Below are positions 9,825 through 19,061 of a DNA stretch of 64,000 bases, in pieces. The stretch comes from Candidatus Lustribacter sp. (GTDB taxonomy: Bacteria > Vulcanimicrobiota > Vulcanimicrobiia > Vulcanimicrobiales > Vulcanimicrobiaceae), in contig OZ255842.1 in assembly GCA_965277805.1 (NCBI GenBank), positions 576,001 through 640,000 of the forward strand, given 5' to 3'. The position numbers were made by a program, and so were the translations under genes. How positions within the stretch are numbered: position 1 is the stretch's first letter; the number at the start of each line of letters is the position of its first letter. The notes beneath the pieces are model-generated. The model was not told the DNA's origin and searched no databases. It saw only the letters and a program-made list of their open reading frames with translations.

Positions 9825-11089
9825 CAGAACTTGGTGGCGAGGTCCGGCTTCGTGGCGGCGCGCCACTCGGCATCGGGAGCGATCAGCCGGTCGAAGGACC
9901 GGATGTTCCGGTACGTCGCCGGATCGACTGCGCGCAGCGTGCCGCCGCGTTCGAGCGAGTCGAGCGCCTCGGTCAGCACTTGACGCAGCGTGATGATCGC
10001 GCGGTCCGTGGTGCCGAGATGTTCCTTCGAGCGGTCGACGATCGGCCCCATGCCTTCTTGCAGCGCGAGGTCTTGCGTATTGATGCCCTGGATGCCGGTC
10101 ATCGTTTTTTCTTTTTGAACTTTGCGATCGATTTCGTAATCGTTCGCCTTGTTCAAGCGCGAGCGGTAGTTCGCATCGAGGAAGTCACCACGGCCCAAGC
10201 GCGTCTCGCGCGCGCGGACCTTGTCGTGCTCGAACGGCCGCGCCGGATCGTGCGAGTAGCCGAAGCTGTAGACCCAGGTGTGTTCGTCGTCGATCGGCAC
10301 CCAGATGTGCCCGTCGATCGTCGGCCCGTCCGAACGGCGGCCGAAGGGCCCTTCGACCGTCGCGCGCATGTGGAACGAAGGCATGATGTAGTGATACCCG
10401 CGCACCCACGTGTTGTTGGTGAGTTTGCGAATGCCGGCGTAGGTGAAGCCGTAATCGGTCTTGTCGAGATGGATGTTCGCGACCAACTCGTCGTAGTTGT
10501 TTAGGAACGAGCGGTCGCCGATGTTCATGTTGTGCATGATCGACGCGTGCGTCGGGTCGATGCCGCCTTCGAGCGCCTGCAAGAAGTTGCAATCCTCGAA
10601 CGACTTCGAAACGTGACGGTGCGTCGCGGGCGTGCGCACGAGTTCGTGACCGGGCGGTTCCGGTTTGAGCTCCGGAGGGCCGAGGTAGGCCCAGATCATT
10701 CCGCCGCCTTCCCACGTGGGATACGCGTCGATAGTGACCTTCGTTTTAAACAGCGAATCCGGCGGCTCGGACGGCATGTCGACGCACGCGCCGTTGCGGT
10801 CGAACTTCCAGCCGTGGTACACGCAGCGCAGCCCGCAGTCTTCGTTGCGGCCGAAGAACATCGGCGCGCGCCGGTGCGGGCAGAACGCGCTGACGAGCCC
10901 CACCGCACCCTCGGTGTCGCGGAACGCGACCAAGTCTTCGCCGAGCAAGCGTACGCGCACCGGCGCGCCGTCGGGATCGGCGAGTTGTTCGGTGAGCAGC
11001 GCCGGCAGCCAATAGCGGCGGAACAGCTTGCCCATCGGGGTATCCGGGCCGACTCGGGTCAGGCGCTCGTTTTCGGCGGGTGAAAGCAT
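9824..11089 (-). CDS. Rieske non-heme iron oxygenase, phthalate 4,5-dioxygenase/LigX-like alpha3 type
   Basis: ENERLTRVGPDTPMG N-terminus, Rieske motifs CPH and CVYH, iron site EGGIDPTH..H, QDLALQEGMG, EHLGTTD. Confidence 0.9.
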   Translation of the reverse strand: MLSPAENERLTRVGPDTPMGKLFRRYWLPALLTEQLADPDGAPVRVRLLGEDLVAFRDTEGAVGLVSAFCPHRRAPMFFGRNEDCGLRCVYHGWKFDRNGACVDMPSEPPDSLFKTKVTIDAYPTWEGGGMIWAYLGPPELKPEPPGHELVRTPATHRHVSKSFEDCNFLQALEGGIDPTHASIMHNMNIGDRSFLNNYDELVANIHLDKTDYGFTYAGIRKLTNNTWVRGYHYIMPSFHMRATVEGPFGRRSDGPTIDGHIWVPIDDEHTWVYSFGYSHDPARPFEHDKVRARETRLGRGDFLDANYRSRLNKANDYEIDRKVQKEKTMTGIQGINTQDLALQEGMGPIVDRSKEHLGTTDRAIITLRQVLTEALDSLERGGTLRAVDPATYRNIRSFDRLIAPDAEWRAATKPDLATKF

Positions 11090-11117
11090 GGTCTCGTTTT
11101 CCCCGGTGAGGCGGGGC

Positions 11118-12068
11118 TTACCCGCGCAAGGCGCCCGGATAGATGACGTCGTGCACGTCGAATGCGACCGGGATCATCTTGTAGCGGGCCTGCGTGTCGA
11201 CCAGCGCTTGCATCTGCGCCGGATTGAAGCGCACGCCAAGCGGAATGCGCACCTTGAGCGGCTCGACGTCGACCTTCATGAACTTGGGCACGATGTCGGC
11301 CGTTTCCGCATGATGGCCATTGACGTAGGTCGCAGCCTGGCGCATCACGCGAATGAAGGCATCGATCACCGCGGGGTTCTTGGCAGCGAAATCGGCCGAC
11401 GTGAACCACGCCGATTGCATGAAGTGCGCACCGAGCGCGCTCGACGGATCGCCGATGATGCGGATTTTCGGATCCGACTTCGCCTGCTCGAAGAACGGCT
11501 GCACCACGATCGCGGCGTCGATGCGGCCGGTCGCGACCGCGGCGCTCGCCTGGCTCATTGGGATCTCCGTCAGCTTGAGCGTTGATGAATCGCCGCCGTG
11601 GGCATCCGTCCACGCGCGCGATGCAAGTGAGAAGAAGTCATTGAGCGCCGACACGCCGACCGTCTTGCCGTTGAGGTCGGCACCGGTTTTGATCGGACCG
11701 TCGGCGCGCGCGATCAAGCCGATTACCGGTGGCAAGGCGTTGTCGTATTCGCCGCCCGGCGCGATCCAGATCAGCGGCAGGCCGCGTGCATGCGCGGTGC
11801 AGAGCGACGTGACGCTCGACTTTGCAATTTGGAACGAGCCCCCGACCACGCCGGCGACGCTCGCGGCGCCGCTCGTCGCGCGCTGCAAATCCGCATCGAT
11901 GCCGTTCTTGCTGAAGAGGCCCGTTTGCACCGCCCAAATGAACGGCGTTGCATCATCGTCGATCGATGAAGCGGCATGAACGACGGCGGGCGTCGCGGAG
12001 AGCGCGGCGAGCGGCCGGCTCGCGGCAGCGAGGGCGGCCAACGACAAGACAAACGTGCTGCGTTCCAT
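11118..12068 (-). CDS. ABC solute-binding protein, NitT/TauT/SsuA-like
   Basis: Paralog of the 8871-9824 gene (IDDxATP, RATSGAA, DLNGKT). Confidence 0.85.
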   Translation of the reverse strand: MERSTFVLSLAALAAASRPLAALSATPAVVHAASSIDDDATPFIWAVQTGLFSKNGIDADLQRATSGAASVAGVVGGSFQIAKSSVTSLCTAHARGLPLIWIAPGGEYDNALPPVIGLIARADGPIKTGADLNGKTVGVSALNDFFSLASRAWTDAHGGDSSTLKLTEIPMSQASAAVATGRIDAAIVVQPFFEQAKSDPKIRIIGDPSSALGAHFMQSAWFTSADFAAKNPAVIDAFIRVMRQAATYVNGHHAETADIVPKFMKVDVEPLKVRIPLGVRFNPAQMQALVDTQARYKMIPVAFDVHDVIYPGALRG

Positions 12069-12133
12069 CTGGAAGTCGTTCGGCTGCCGGTTGGTTGACG
12101 ACCTGTTCTCGAATGGCCTAGTATCGTAAAGTC

Positions 12134-13429
12134 ATGACGGCCACCGCGCAACCTACGGAGATCCGCTCGCTTTTGCGGCTCGACGAAGGGTACGTGCATT
12201 CAGACGTGTACACCAGCCCCGCCATCTTCGAGCGCGAGATGGAGCAGATTTTTCATCGCGGCTGGGTGTTCGTCGGCCACGATTCCGAAATTCCGGAAAA
12301 CGGCGACTACGTGCTCCGCTGGATCGGCCGCCAATCCGTCATCATGAACCGCGACAGCCACGGCAACGTGCATCTGTTCATGAACCGGTGCCGCCACCGC
12401 GCGAACAGCGTCTGTCAATTCGAACGCGGTAACTCCGCGTTCTTCCGCTGCGCCTATCACGGCTGGACGTACAAGGATAGCGGCGAGCTGGTCGGCGTGC
12501 CGTACGCCGAGGGCGCGTACGAGCCGCCGCTCGACAAAGACAACTTCGCGCTAATCCCGACCCCGCGCATGGGAATCTACCGCGGTTTCGTATGGGGCTC
12601 GCTCGCGAGCGAAGGCCCGTCGCTCGACGATCATCTCGGCGTCTCGGCAAAGCGGGCCGTCGATCTGTTCTGCGATCACTCGCCGATGGGCGAAATCGAA
12701 GTGCGTCACGGCGCGACGAAGTCGGTTATCTACGCGAACTGGAAATTCCAAGGCGGCGACGGTTACCATCCGCCGTTCACACATCAAGCCGATTTCGGAT
12801 CGATCCGCGCGGCGCGCGAAGGCCGGCCGAACGCGCTGCTCGGCATGATCAAGAAAGATACGACGCTCTCGCGCGATCTCGGCAACGGCCACTTCTGTTT
12901 GGACATCCGCACGATGGGCCGCGGACCGCTGCCGGACAAGCCGTGGGCGAAAGAATACCTCGCCTCGATGGTCGACGCGTACGGCGCCGAGCGCGCGAAG
13001 TACATCATGGATAGCGGCGGACCGCACACGATCCTGATGCCGAACATCCAGCTGCTCAACCCTGACTTACGCGTGCTGCGCCCGATCGCCGCCGACCAAT
13101 TCGAGATCACCTTCTACTGTGCGTTTCTCAAAGGCGTGCCGAAGGAAGTCAACACCGCACGCGTTCGCCTCACCGAAAGCCGGATGGGTCCGGCGGGTAG
13201 CGTCAACGTCGACGACGTCGAGATGTTCGAACGCAATCAGCTCGGCATGCAGCAGCTCGTCGACCCGTGGAAGTTCATCGGACGCGGCATGGCGCGCGAG
13301 CACACCGACAACGACGACGCGACGCCCGAAGCGTATCGCTACGAGAACAGCCGTGCGGCGCACTACTCCGACGAGCTCACGCAGCGCGCGCAGCTGCGCT
13401 GGTGGGCCGCCCAGCTGGAGCGGGAGTAG
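12134..13429 (+). CDS. Aromatic ring-hydroxylating dioxygenase alpha subunit
   Basis: Rieske motifs NRCRHR and CAYHGW, iron ligands DGYH..FTH and DDVEM. Confidence 0.92.
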   Translation: MTATAQPTEIRSLLRLDEGYVHSDVYTSPAIFEREMEQIFHRGWVFVGHDSEIPENGDYVLRWIGRQSVIMNRDSHGNVHLFMNRCRHRANSVCQFERGNSAFFRCAYHGWTYKDSGELVGVPYAEGAYEPPLDKDNFALIPTPRMGIYRGFVWGSLASEGPSLDDHLGVSAKRAVDLFCDHSPMGEIEVRHGATKSVIYANWKFQGGDGYHPPFTHQADFGSIRAAREGRPNALLGMIKKDTTLSRDLGNGHFCLDIRTMGRGPLPDKPWAKEYLASMVDAYGAERAKYIMDSGGPHTILMPNIQLLNPDLRVLRPIAADQFEITFYCAFLKGVPKEVNTARVRLTESRMGPAGSVNVDDVEMFERNQLGMQQLVDPWKFIGRGMAREHTDNDDATPEAYRYENSRAAHYSDELTQRAQLRWWAAQLERE

Positions 13430-13927
13430 ATGCAGACGATCGAGCCGGACGTCACGTTCACGCGCGAGAGCGTCGAGACGTTTCTGTATCAAGAGGCGCG
13501 CTTCGCCGACGAAAATCGCTACGACGAGTGGCTCGCGCTCTGGACCGGGGATATCCGCTATTGGGTACCGGTGAACGTCGATGAGTACGATCCCGACGAG
13601 CACGTGTCGATCATCTTCGACAATCGCGAGCGTTTGCAAGACCGCATCACCCGGCTCAAATCGGGCGGGGCCTGGTCGCAAGAGCCGCAATCGCGCATGC
13701 GCCGCATCGTCTCCAATATCGAGATCGCGCCGGCCAAACGCGACGACGAACGGCTAACCGTTTCGAACTTCGTGTTGGGCGAACTGCGGCGCGGCCGTGA
13801 AGCGGTGTACTTCGCGCAGCAGAAGCACCGGCTGCGCCTAACGCCCGACGGCCTGCGGATGGCCGAGAAGACCGTGCTTCTCGTGAGGAACAACGAGCCG
13901 CTTCATAACCTTTCGTTCATCCTCTAA
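13430..13927 (+). CDS. Ring-hydroxylating dioxygenase beta subunit
   Basis: FLYQEARFADENRYDEWL, YWVP, RMRRIVSN; abuts the alpha subunit gene. Confidence 0.92.
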   Translation: MQTIEPDVTFTRESVETFLYQEARFADENRYDEWLALWTGDIRYWVPVNVDEYDPDEHVSIIFDNRERLQDRITRLKSGGAWSQEPQSRMRRIVSNIEIAPAKRDDERLTVSNFVLGELRRGREAVYFAQQKHRLRLTPDGLRMAEKTVLLVRNNEPLHNLSFIL

Positions 13928-13939
13928 TGCGCGGTGCGC

Positions 13940-14167
13940 ATGCGGCTTGAGAACGAGTTCGCATCGGTCGAGGTCGAACTGGACACGGGCGCTAACGGCC
14001 CGCGTCTGAAAATCACGGACTTGCGTACAGGACACGTCGGCTATCTCGACCCCTTCGAGCTGGAAACGCTGTCGTGGCTGGAAAAGGACGCGCTGGCACC
14101 ATTCTTTGACCCGTCGCGATCGCGCTGGAAAACGATCGAGGCGGGCGATCTCGAGGGTTTATCATAG
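13940..14167 (+). CDS. Small conserved hypothetical protein associated with dioxygenase genes
   Basis: ENEFASVEV...NGPRLKI...LDPFELETLSW; same strand, between the beta subunit and the monooxygenase. Confidence 0.7.
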   Translation: MRLENEFASVEVELDTGANGPRLKITDLRTGHVGYLDPFELETLSWLEKDALAPFFDPSRSRWKTIEAGDLEGLS

Positions 14168-15747
14168 CTAAGCGATTTCAGGTAATCATCGTGGGCGGCG
14201 GTCCGGTTGGTGTCGGCCTCGCGGTCGATCTGGGGCTGCGCGGCATCTCGTGCGCGCTCGTCGAGCGGCGCACGCAGCTGCAGAACATCCCCAAGGGTCA
14301 GAACCTCACCCCGCGCACGCTCGAGCATTTCTATTTTTGGGGCATCGCCGACAAGCTGCGCGCCGAGCGCATCATGCCCAAGGGCTATCCGATCGCGGGC
14401 ATGACCGCGTACGGCAACCTGATGAGCGAGTACTGGTACATCGTGCCGCAGCGCGAGCTCGTTCGCAAGTTCTACTTCGAAGACGTCGAGCGGCTGCCGC
14501 AGTACCTCACCGAAAAAGTGCTGCGTAACCGGATGGCCGAGCTGCCGAGCGTCACTAACTACTTCGGCTGGATGGCCGAGACGATCGCTCAAGACGCGAG
14601 CGGCGTGCGCGTCACGATCAGGGAGAGCGAAGGCACGCAGCGCGAGCAGCTCGAGGGCGACTACGTCGTCGGTTGCGACGGCGCGAACTCGCTCGTGCGC
14701 AGCCAGGCCGGGATCGAACGCGGCGGCGTGGACTTCGAGCAGATCATGGTGCTCGCCGTCTTCCGCTCGAAAGAGCTGCACGAAGCGCTGAAACGGTTTC
14801 CCGAACGCGGAACCTACAACGTGCTCGATCCCGATGCCAAGGGCTATTGGAACTTCTTCGGGCGTGTCGACGTCGGCGAGTCGTTTTTCTTTCATGCCCC
14901 GGTGCCGGCCAACACGACGAAAGACAACTACGACTTTCTCGCGCTCATTCAGCGCGTCGCGGGCTTTCCGGTGAAGGTCGAGTTCGACTACGTGGGGTTC
15001 TGGGATCTGCGCGTCGCGGTCGCCGATACGTATCAGGTGGGGCGCGTGCTCATCGCCGGCGATGCGGCGCACAGTCATCCGCCGTACGGCGGCTACGGGC
15101 TCAACAGCGGGCTCGAAGACGCGCGCAACCTCGGCTGGAAGCTCGCAGCGACGCTGCAGGGCTGGGGCGGACCCGGGCTGATCGATTCGTATAGCGAAGA
15201 GCGGCGCCCGATCTTCAAGGAAACGGGCGAAGATTTCATCGCGGCCGGCATCGAGGAGAGCGCGAAGTGGCTGCAACTGCACAACCCCGAGCGCGACAAA
15301 GCGGAGTTCGAAGCCGCCTGGGCCGCGCGCAAAGCGAAGGCCGGTTCGAGCATTACGAGCTACGAGCCCAACTACGAAGGCTCGCCGGTTGTGGCGGGGC
15401 CGCCCGGGGGCAAGAGCGGCGCGCACGGAACGCACACGTGGTCGGCCCGTGCAGGACACCATCTCGCGCCGCAACCGCTCTCATCGGGCAAGAACGTGTT
15501 CGAAGAACTCGGCGACGGCTTCACGCTGCTCGCGTTCGATGCGCCTGACGCCGGCGTGCAGGCATTCGAAGCGGCAGCGGCCGCGGCGAAGATCCCCTTG
15601 ACCGTGATTCGCGATACGTTCGCGGGCGGACGCGAAGCCTACGAGCAGCATCTCCTGCTCGTGCGGCCGGATCAGTTCGTCGGCTGGACCGGCGATGAGG
15701 CGCCCGCGGACATTCCGGCGCTGCTGGCAAAGGTCGTCGGGGACTGA
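14164..15747 (+). CDS. FAD-dependent aromatic monooxygenase (PheA/TfdB-like)
   Basis: VIIVGGGPVG, GCDGANS, GDAAH..PP.GG.GLN.G, C-terminal LVRPD thioredoxin-like domain. The start is probably ATA at 14164 (see findings). Confidence 0.88.
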   Translation: MAKRFQVIIVGGGPVGVGLAVDLGLRGISCALVERRTQLQNIPKGQNLTPRTLEHFYFWGIADKLRAERIMPKGYPIAGMTAYGNLMSEYWYIVPQRELVRKFYFEDVERLPQYLTEKVLRNRMAELPSVTNYFGWMAETIAQDASGVRVTIRESEGTQREQLEGDYVVGCDGANSLVRSQAGIERGGVDFEQIMVLAVFRSKELHEALKRFPERGTYNVLDPDAKGYWNFFGRVDVGESFFFHAPVPANTTKDNYDFLALIQRVAGFPVKVEFDYVGFWDLRVAVADTYQVGRVLIAGDAAHSHPPYGGYGLNSGLEDARNLGWKLAATLQGWGGPGLIDSYSEERRPIFKETGEDFIAAGIEESAKWLQLHNPERDKAEFEAAWAARKAKAGSSITSYEPNYEGSPVVAGPPGGKSGAHGTHTWSARAGHHLAPQPLSSGKNVFEELGDGFTLLAFDAPDAGVQAFEAAAAAAKIPLTVIRDTFAGGREAYEQHLLLVRPDQFVGWTGDEAPADIPALLAKVVGD

Positions 15748-15763
15748 GGTCCGGAGGATCTGA

Positions 15764-16168
15764 ATGAACACGTCTTCATATCAGGCTAGGCTGCGCGATA
15801 CGCTGAACTTGATCATTGCGGTCGCGGTGTTCATCGCACCGTGGTATAACGGCGATGACTTGTCCACGCACGGTTCCATTCGGCTCCGAATTCTGGCCAT
15901 CGCCATTGGTACCGTGTCACTCTGGATCTTGGTTCACCAACGGCACATGGCGGCAGAGTGCCTGAATGCGGCATTAGGCGCGGCGCTCATCACGACGCCG
16001 TACTGGCACGGGGGACTTGACGCAACGCGCCTGGACTCCGCCATCGCGGGCGCAGTGATCCTGGGCTTCTCGATCTCTTGCGCGATCCAAATCTCACGGG
16101 AGGTCGCGGCGGCGAATTTCGAGCGCTTCGGCGAATTCTCCATACGCTCCATGCCGCACCGGAACTAA
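15764..16168 (+). CDS. SPW-repeat-like small membrane protein
   Basis: Four hydrophobic segments with APW/TPY motifs; GGAGG RBS. Confidence 0.65.
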   Translation: MNTSSYQARLRDTLNLIIAVAVFIAPWYNGDDLSTHGSIRLRILAIAIGTVSLWILVHQRHMAAECLNAALGAALITTPYWHGGLDATRLDSAIAGAVILGFSISCAIQISREVAAANFERFGEFSIRSMPHRN

Positions 16169-17115
16169 GCGACGGTTCTCCCGCGGTAGTATGCCTCCGT
16201 TGCGGGGTGAAGTTTGAGGCTCGCGGGCAGCGCCGGACGCAAGCCGGAGAACGAGAAACCGAACGTGTTATCGAGGATACGTTCGTCTTCGAGTGCTGAG
16301 AGCACGGCCCGCACGACGTCGTCGGGCACGGTCGGAAACCCGTAGATGTAGTGTTGCCGCCAGCCGGCGACGGTGATGTCTTCGTCCACGCCGGGGAGCA
16401 GCCGTTGCGGTAAGGTGAGCTTCGTCGCGCCCCAATCGGCGTTGATCGAATCGAGGATCGCTTCGTCGAAGCGTAAGAAGCGCAGGTCGAGCAGCGTGGT
16501 TAAGTCGCGTGCCCAATCGGAACAGCCATTGAGGTAGAGGAAGAAGCCGTTGGCCGTGCCGTTCTCGGCGTACTCGCGCGTGCGGCTCTTCATGAGATTC
16601 GATCCGGTCGCGCTCGCGCGCTCGGCCGCCGTGCGTTGCGCGATCGGGTTCAGATCGGCGCCGCCCCACTCGGCCAAATTCGCGCGCGTGATACCGTGCT
16701 CGCGCATGATGCGCTCGATGTAAATGCCGACCAGATTATCGTCCGATGGAATCACGGCTTTCCAGGGATAGCGTCGCTCCGCGAGTTCCTTGAGCGACGC
16801 GATGCCGCTCGCGCGGTCGACGGCCGCTGCCAAGTAGTACGGAATGTTCAAGGGCGCAACGACGCACAACTCCGGAATCGTCTCGTTCGCAAACACGTCG
16901 AGTCCGCGCTGGGCCCAGTCGACAAACTGCGGCAGGGTTATCCCGAGCAGCGATTCCCCGCCCGCCACGGAGAACACGTTGCGCACGTTGCTCGAGCGCG
17001 TGTTGATATCGAGCTCCACGCCCTTATGCGCGAGCGCCGCCTTGAGCAGCTTCGCGCCTTCCCACCAGAACGACCCGATCCCGCTCGCCGCAAACGGTAT
17101 GCGCGCGACCGGCAA
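16165..17115 (-). CDS. TAXI-family (TRAP) solute-binding-fold protein lacking a signal peptide
   Basis: TAXI-like ends (GSFWW..G; SSNVRN; VPDDVV; LHPATEAYYR); TTG start abuts the LLM stop codon. Confidence 0.65.
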   Translation of the reverse strand: MPVARIPFAASGIGSFWWEGAKLLKAALAHKGVELDINTRSSNVRNVFSVAGGESLLGITLPQFVDWAQRGLDVFANETIPELCVVAPLNIPYYLAAAVDRASGIASLKELAERRYPWKAVIPSDDNLVGIYIERIMREHGITRANLAEWGGADLNPIAQRTAAERASATGSNLMKSRTREYAENGTANGFFLYLNGCSDWARDLTTLLDLRFLRFDEAILDSINADWGATKLTLPQRLLPGVDEDITVAGWRQHYIYGFPTVPDDVVRAVLSALEDERILDNTFGFSFSGLRPALPASLKLHPATEAYYRGRTVA

Positions 17116-18270
17116 TTAGACGGTGACGGGGGTGCGGGCGCGCAGTTGCGGGATGACGTCTTTCGCGAAGCGTTCGATGTTGCGCATCGTCGCTTCATGC
17201 GGCAGGGTGCCGAACTGCAGCAGCGCGAGGAAGTTGCCGAGGCCGAGCGTCTTCTCGTACTCCGCCAGCCGGTCACGCACGGTCGCGGCCGAGCCGCAGA
17301 TCAGCTGACCGCTCTCGATCAACTGGTCGATGGTGCGCTCGCTGCCGGTCTGGCCCGATTTCGCTTCCAGCACGGCATTGGCCGAGGCGAGGCTGAGGTA
17401 GCCGGGCGGGCGCACGATTTCCGGCGTCATGCGCAAGAACTTATTCGCAAACGCTTCGATGTGCGGCTTCGCTTCCTCGCGGGCCGCCGCGTCGGTCTCG
17501 CCCACGAACACGGGCGCCATCCAGCCGAGCTGTTCGGGTGTCGCGGTGTAGCCGGCTTTCTGCGCTTCGTCGCGATACATGTCGAGGAACTTCTTCACCG
17601 CTGCAACGGGGCTATAGGTTTGCAAGTAGGTGTACTTGCGTTCGGCCGCCGCCGCCCACACGATCGTTTCGCGGCTGCCCTGCGAAGGGATCCAGATCGG
17701 CGGATGCGGTTGCTGATACGGCCGCGGCCACGTGTTGACGTAGCGGAAGTCGTAGTGCTTGCCGCGCCAGTGAAAGGGCCCCGTCTCGGTCCACGCGCGT
17801 ACGATCAAGTCGTGCGCTTCACCGAAGCGCTCGTGTGAGAACGCCGGGTTCATGTTCCACGAGTGGTACTCGGCACCGATCCCGCGCACGAAGCCCGCGA
17901 TCAGGCGGCCGCCCGTGATGTTGTCGATCATCGCGAACTCTTCGGCGATCACGCACGGGTTGTTGACCAGCGGCAACGCGCGCCCGAGCACCGCAATGGT
18001 GCCGCGCGTGCGCCGCGCGAGGGCACCCGCGATTACGCCGGGCGTTGGCATGAGCCCGTACGCGTTCTGATGGTGTTCGTTGATGCCGAGGCCGTCGAAG
18101 CCGAGCTGATCGGCGTACTCGAGTTCGTCGAGGTAGCGGTTGTAGAGCGCGTGCCCTTTCACCGGGTCGTAGTAGCTGTTGGGCAGCGTCACCCACGCTG
18201 TTTCATAGTGGTCGGCGTACGACAGATCGAGATCCGCATACGGCATCAAATGGAACGCAATGAATTTCAT
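17116..18270 (-). CDS. LLM class flavin-dependent oxidoreductase
   Basis: MKFIAFHLMPY, NEHHQNAYG, AEEFAMIDNITGGRL, WPRPYQQPHPPIW; GAGG RBS. Confidence 0.9.
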   Translation of the reverse strand: MKFIAFHLMPYADLDLSYADHYETAWVTLPNSYYDPVKGHALYNRYLDELEYADQLGFDGLGINEHHQNAYGLMPTPGVIAGALARRTRGTIAVLGRALPLVNNPCVIAEEFAMIDNITGGRLIAGFVRGIGAEYHSWNMNPAFSHERFGEAHDLIVRAWTETGPFHWRGKHYDFRYVNTWPRPYQQPHPPIWIPSQGSRETIVWAAAAERKYTYLQTYSPVAAVKKFLDMYRDEAQKAGYTATPEQLGWMAPVFVGETDAAAREEAKPHIEAFANKFLRMTPEIVRPPGYLSLASANAVLEAKSGQTGSERTIDQLIESGQLICGSAATVRDRLAEYEKTLGLGNFLALLQFGTLPHEATMRNIERFAKDVIPQLRARTPVTV

Positions 18271-19043
18271 TTGAATCCTCCCTCGGCGAAGGCGGTAACG
18301 GCCGCGGCAAAGGCCTGCGGTTGTTCGAGGTGCGGCAAGTGACCGGCCGCGGCGATGATGCTCTTGCGCGCGCCCGCAATCGCGGCGGCGAACGAGTCGG
18401 CTTGGCGCGGCGGAAAAACCTTGTCCTGGTCGCCCCAGACGATCAACGCCGGAAGACGCAGCCGGTGCAGCCACTTGGCGAGTTGCGGATCGTAGAAGCG
18501 CGGACGCCAGGCGACGCGTGCGGTCATCAGCGCGTTCTTCGGCTGTTGCGCGCGAAATGCGTCATCCGAGGGTGCGTGGCGCACGTCGGTATACGATGCC
18601 TTCACCAGCGCATCGGGCGAGAGCATGAACGTATCGACGCCGTCTTCGACGAGCGGCAAGCCGGCCGCATCGACGAGCACGAGCGCGCGCAGGTCGCGCG
18701 TGTCGCGCAAGGCGAGCTCACACGCGATCCAGCCGCCGATACCGTGTCCGGCAATCACGACGTCGTGCAAGCCGAGCGTCTCGATGAATGCGCGGTAGAA
18801 GTGGGCGAGGTCGTCGATCGAGTCGAGCCACAGCGGCGTCGACGATTGGCCGAAGCCCGGATGATCGGGAACGATCACGTCGAAGCGCCCGGCCAGCTCG
18901 GCCATGAACGGTTGCCATTCGGTAAAGGCATCACTGCCGTGCAAGAACAGCAGCGGCGGCCCGGAGCCTCCGCGCAGGACGCTGACCTGTGCGCCTTCAA
19001 CCGTGTGCGTCGTGCGGCTTGCAGCCGCCGCTACGGAGCTCAT
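18267..19043 (-). CDS. Alpha/beta hydrolase-fold protein with Gly in place of the nucleophile Ser
   Basis: FLHG, PDHPGFGQS, elbow GHGIGG, WGDQD, AGHLPHLEQP. Confidence 0.85.
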   Translation of the reverse strand: MSSVAAAASRTTHTVEGAQVSVLRGGSGPPLLFLHGSDAFTEWQPFMAELAGRFDVIVPDHPGFGQSSTPLWLDSIDDLAHFYRAFIETLGLHDVVIAGHGIGGWIACELALRDTRDLRALVLVDAAGLPLVEDGVDTFMLSPDALVKASYTDVRHAPSDDAFRAQQPKNALMTARVAWRPRFYDPQLAKWLHRLRLPALIVWGDQDKVFPPRQADSFAAAIAGARKSIIAAAGHLPHLEQPQAFAAAVTAFAEGGFK

Positions 19044-19061
19044 GAAGGATGCCGTTCACCG

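Noticed and set aside
18321-19061. Long upstream extensions on ORFs at 18321, 39538, 54703 and 56507
   Set aside because: Each overlaps a well-supported gene; better internal starts exist with signal peptides, RBS or stop-start overlaps.
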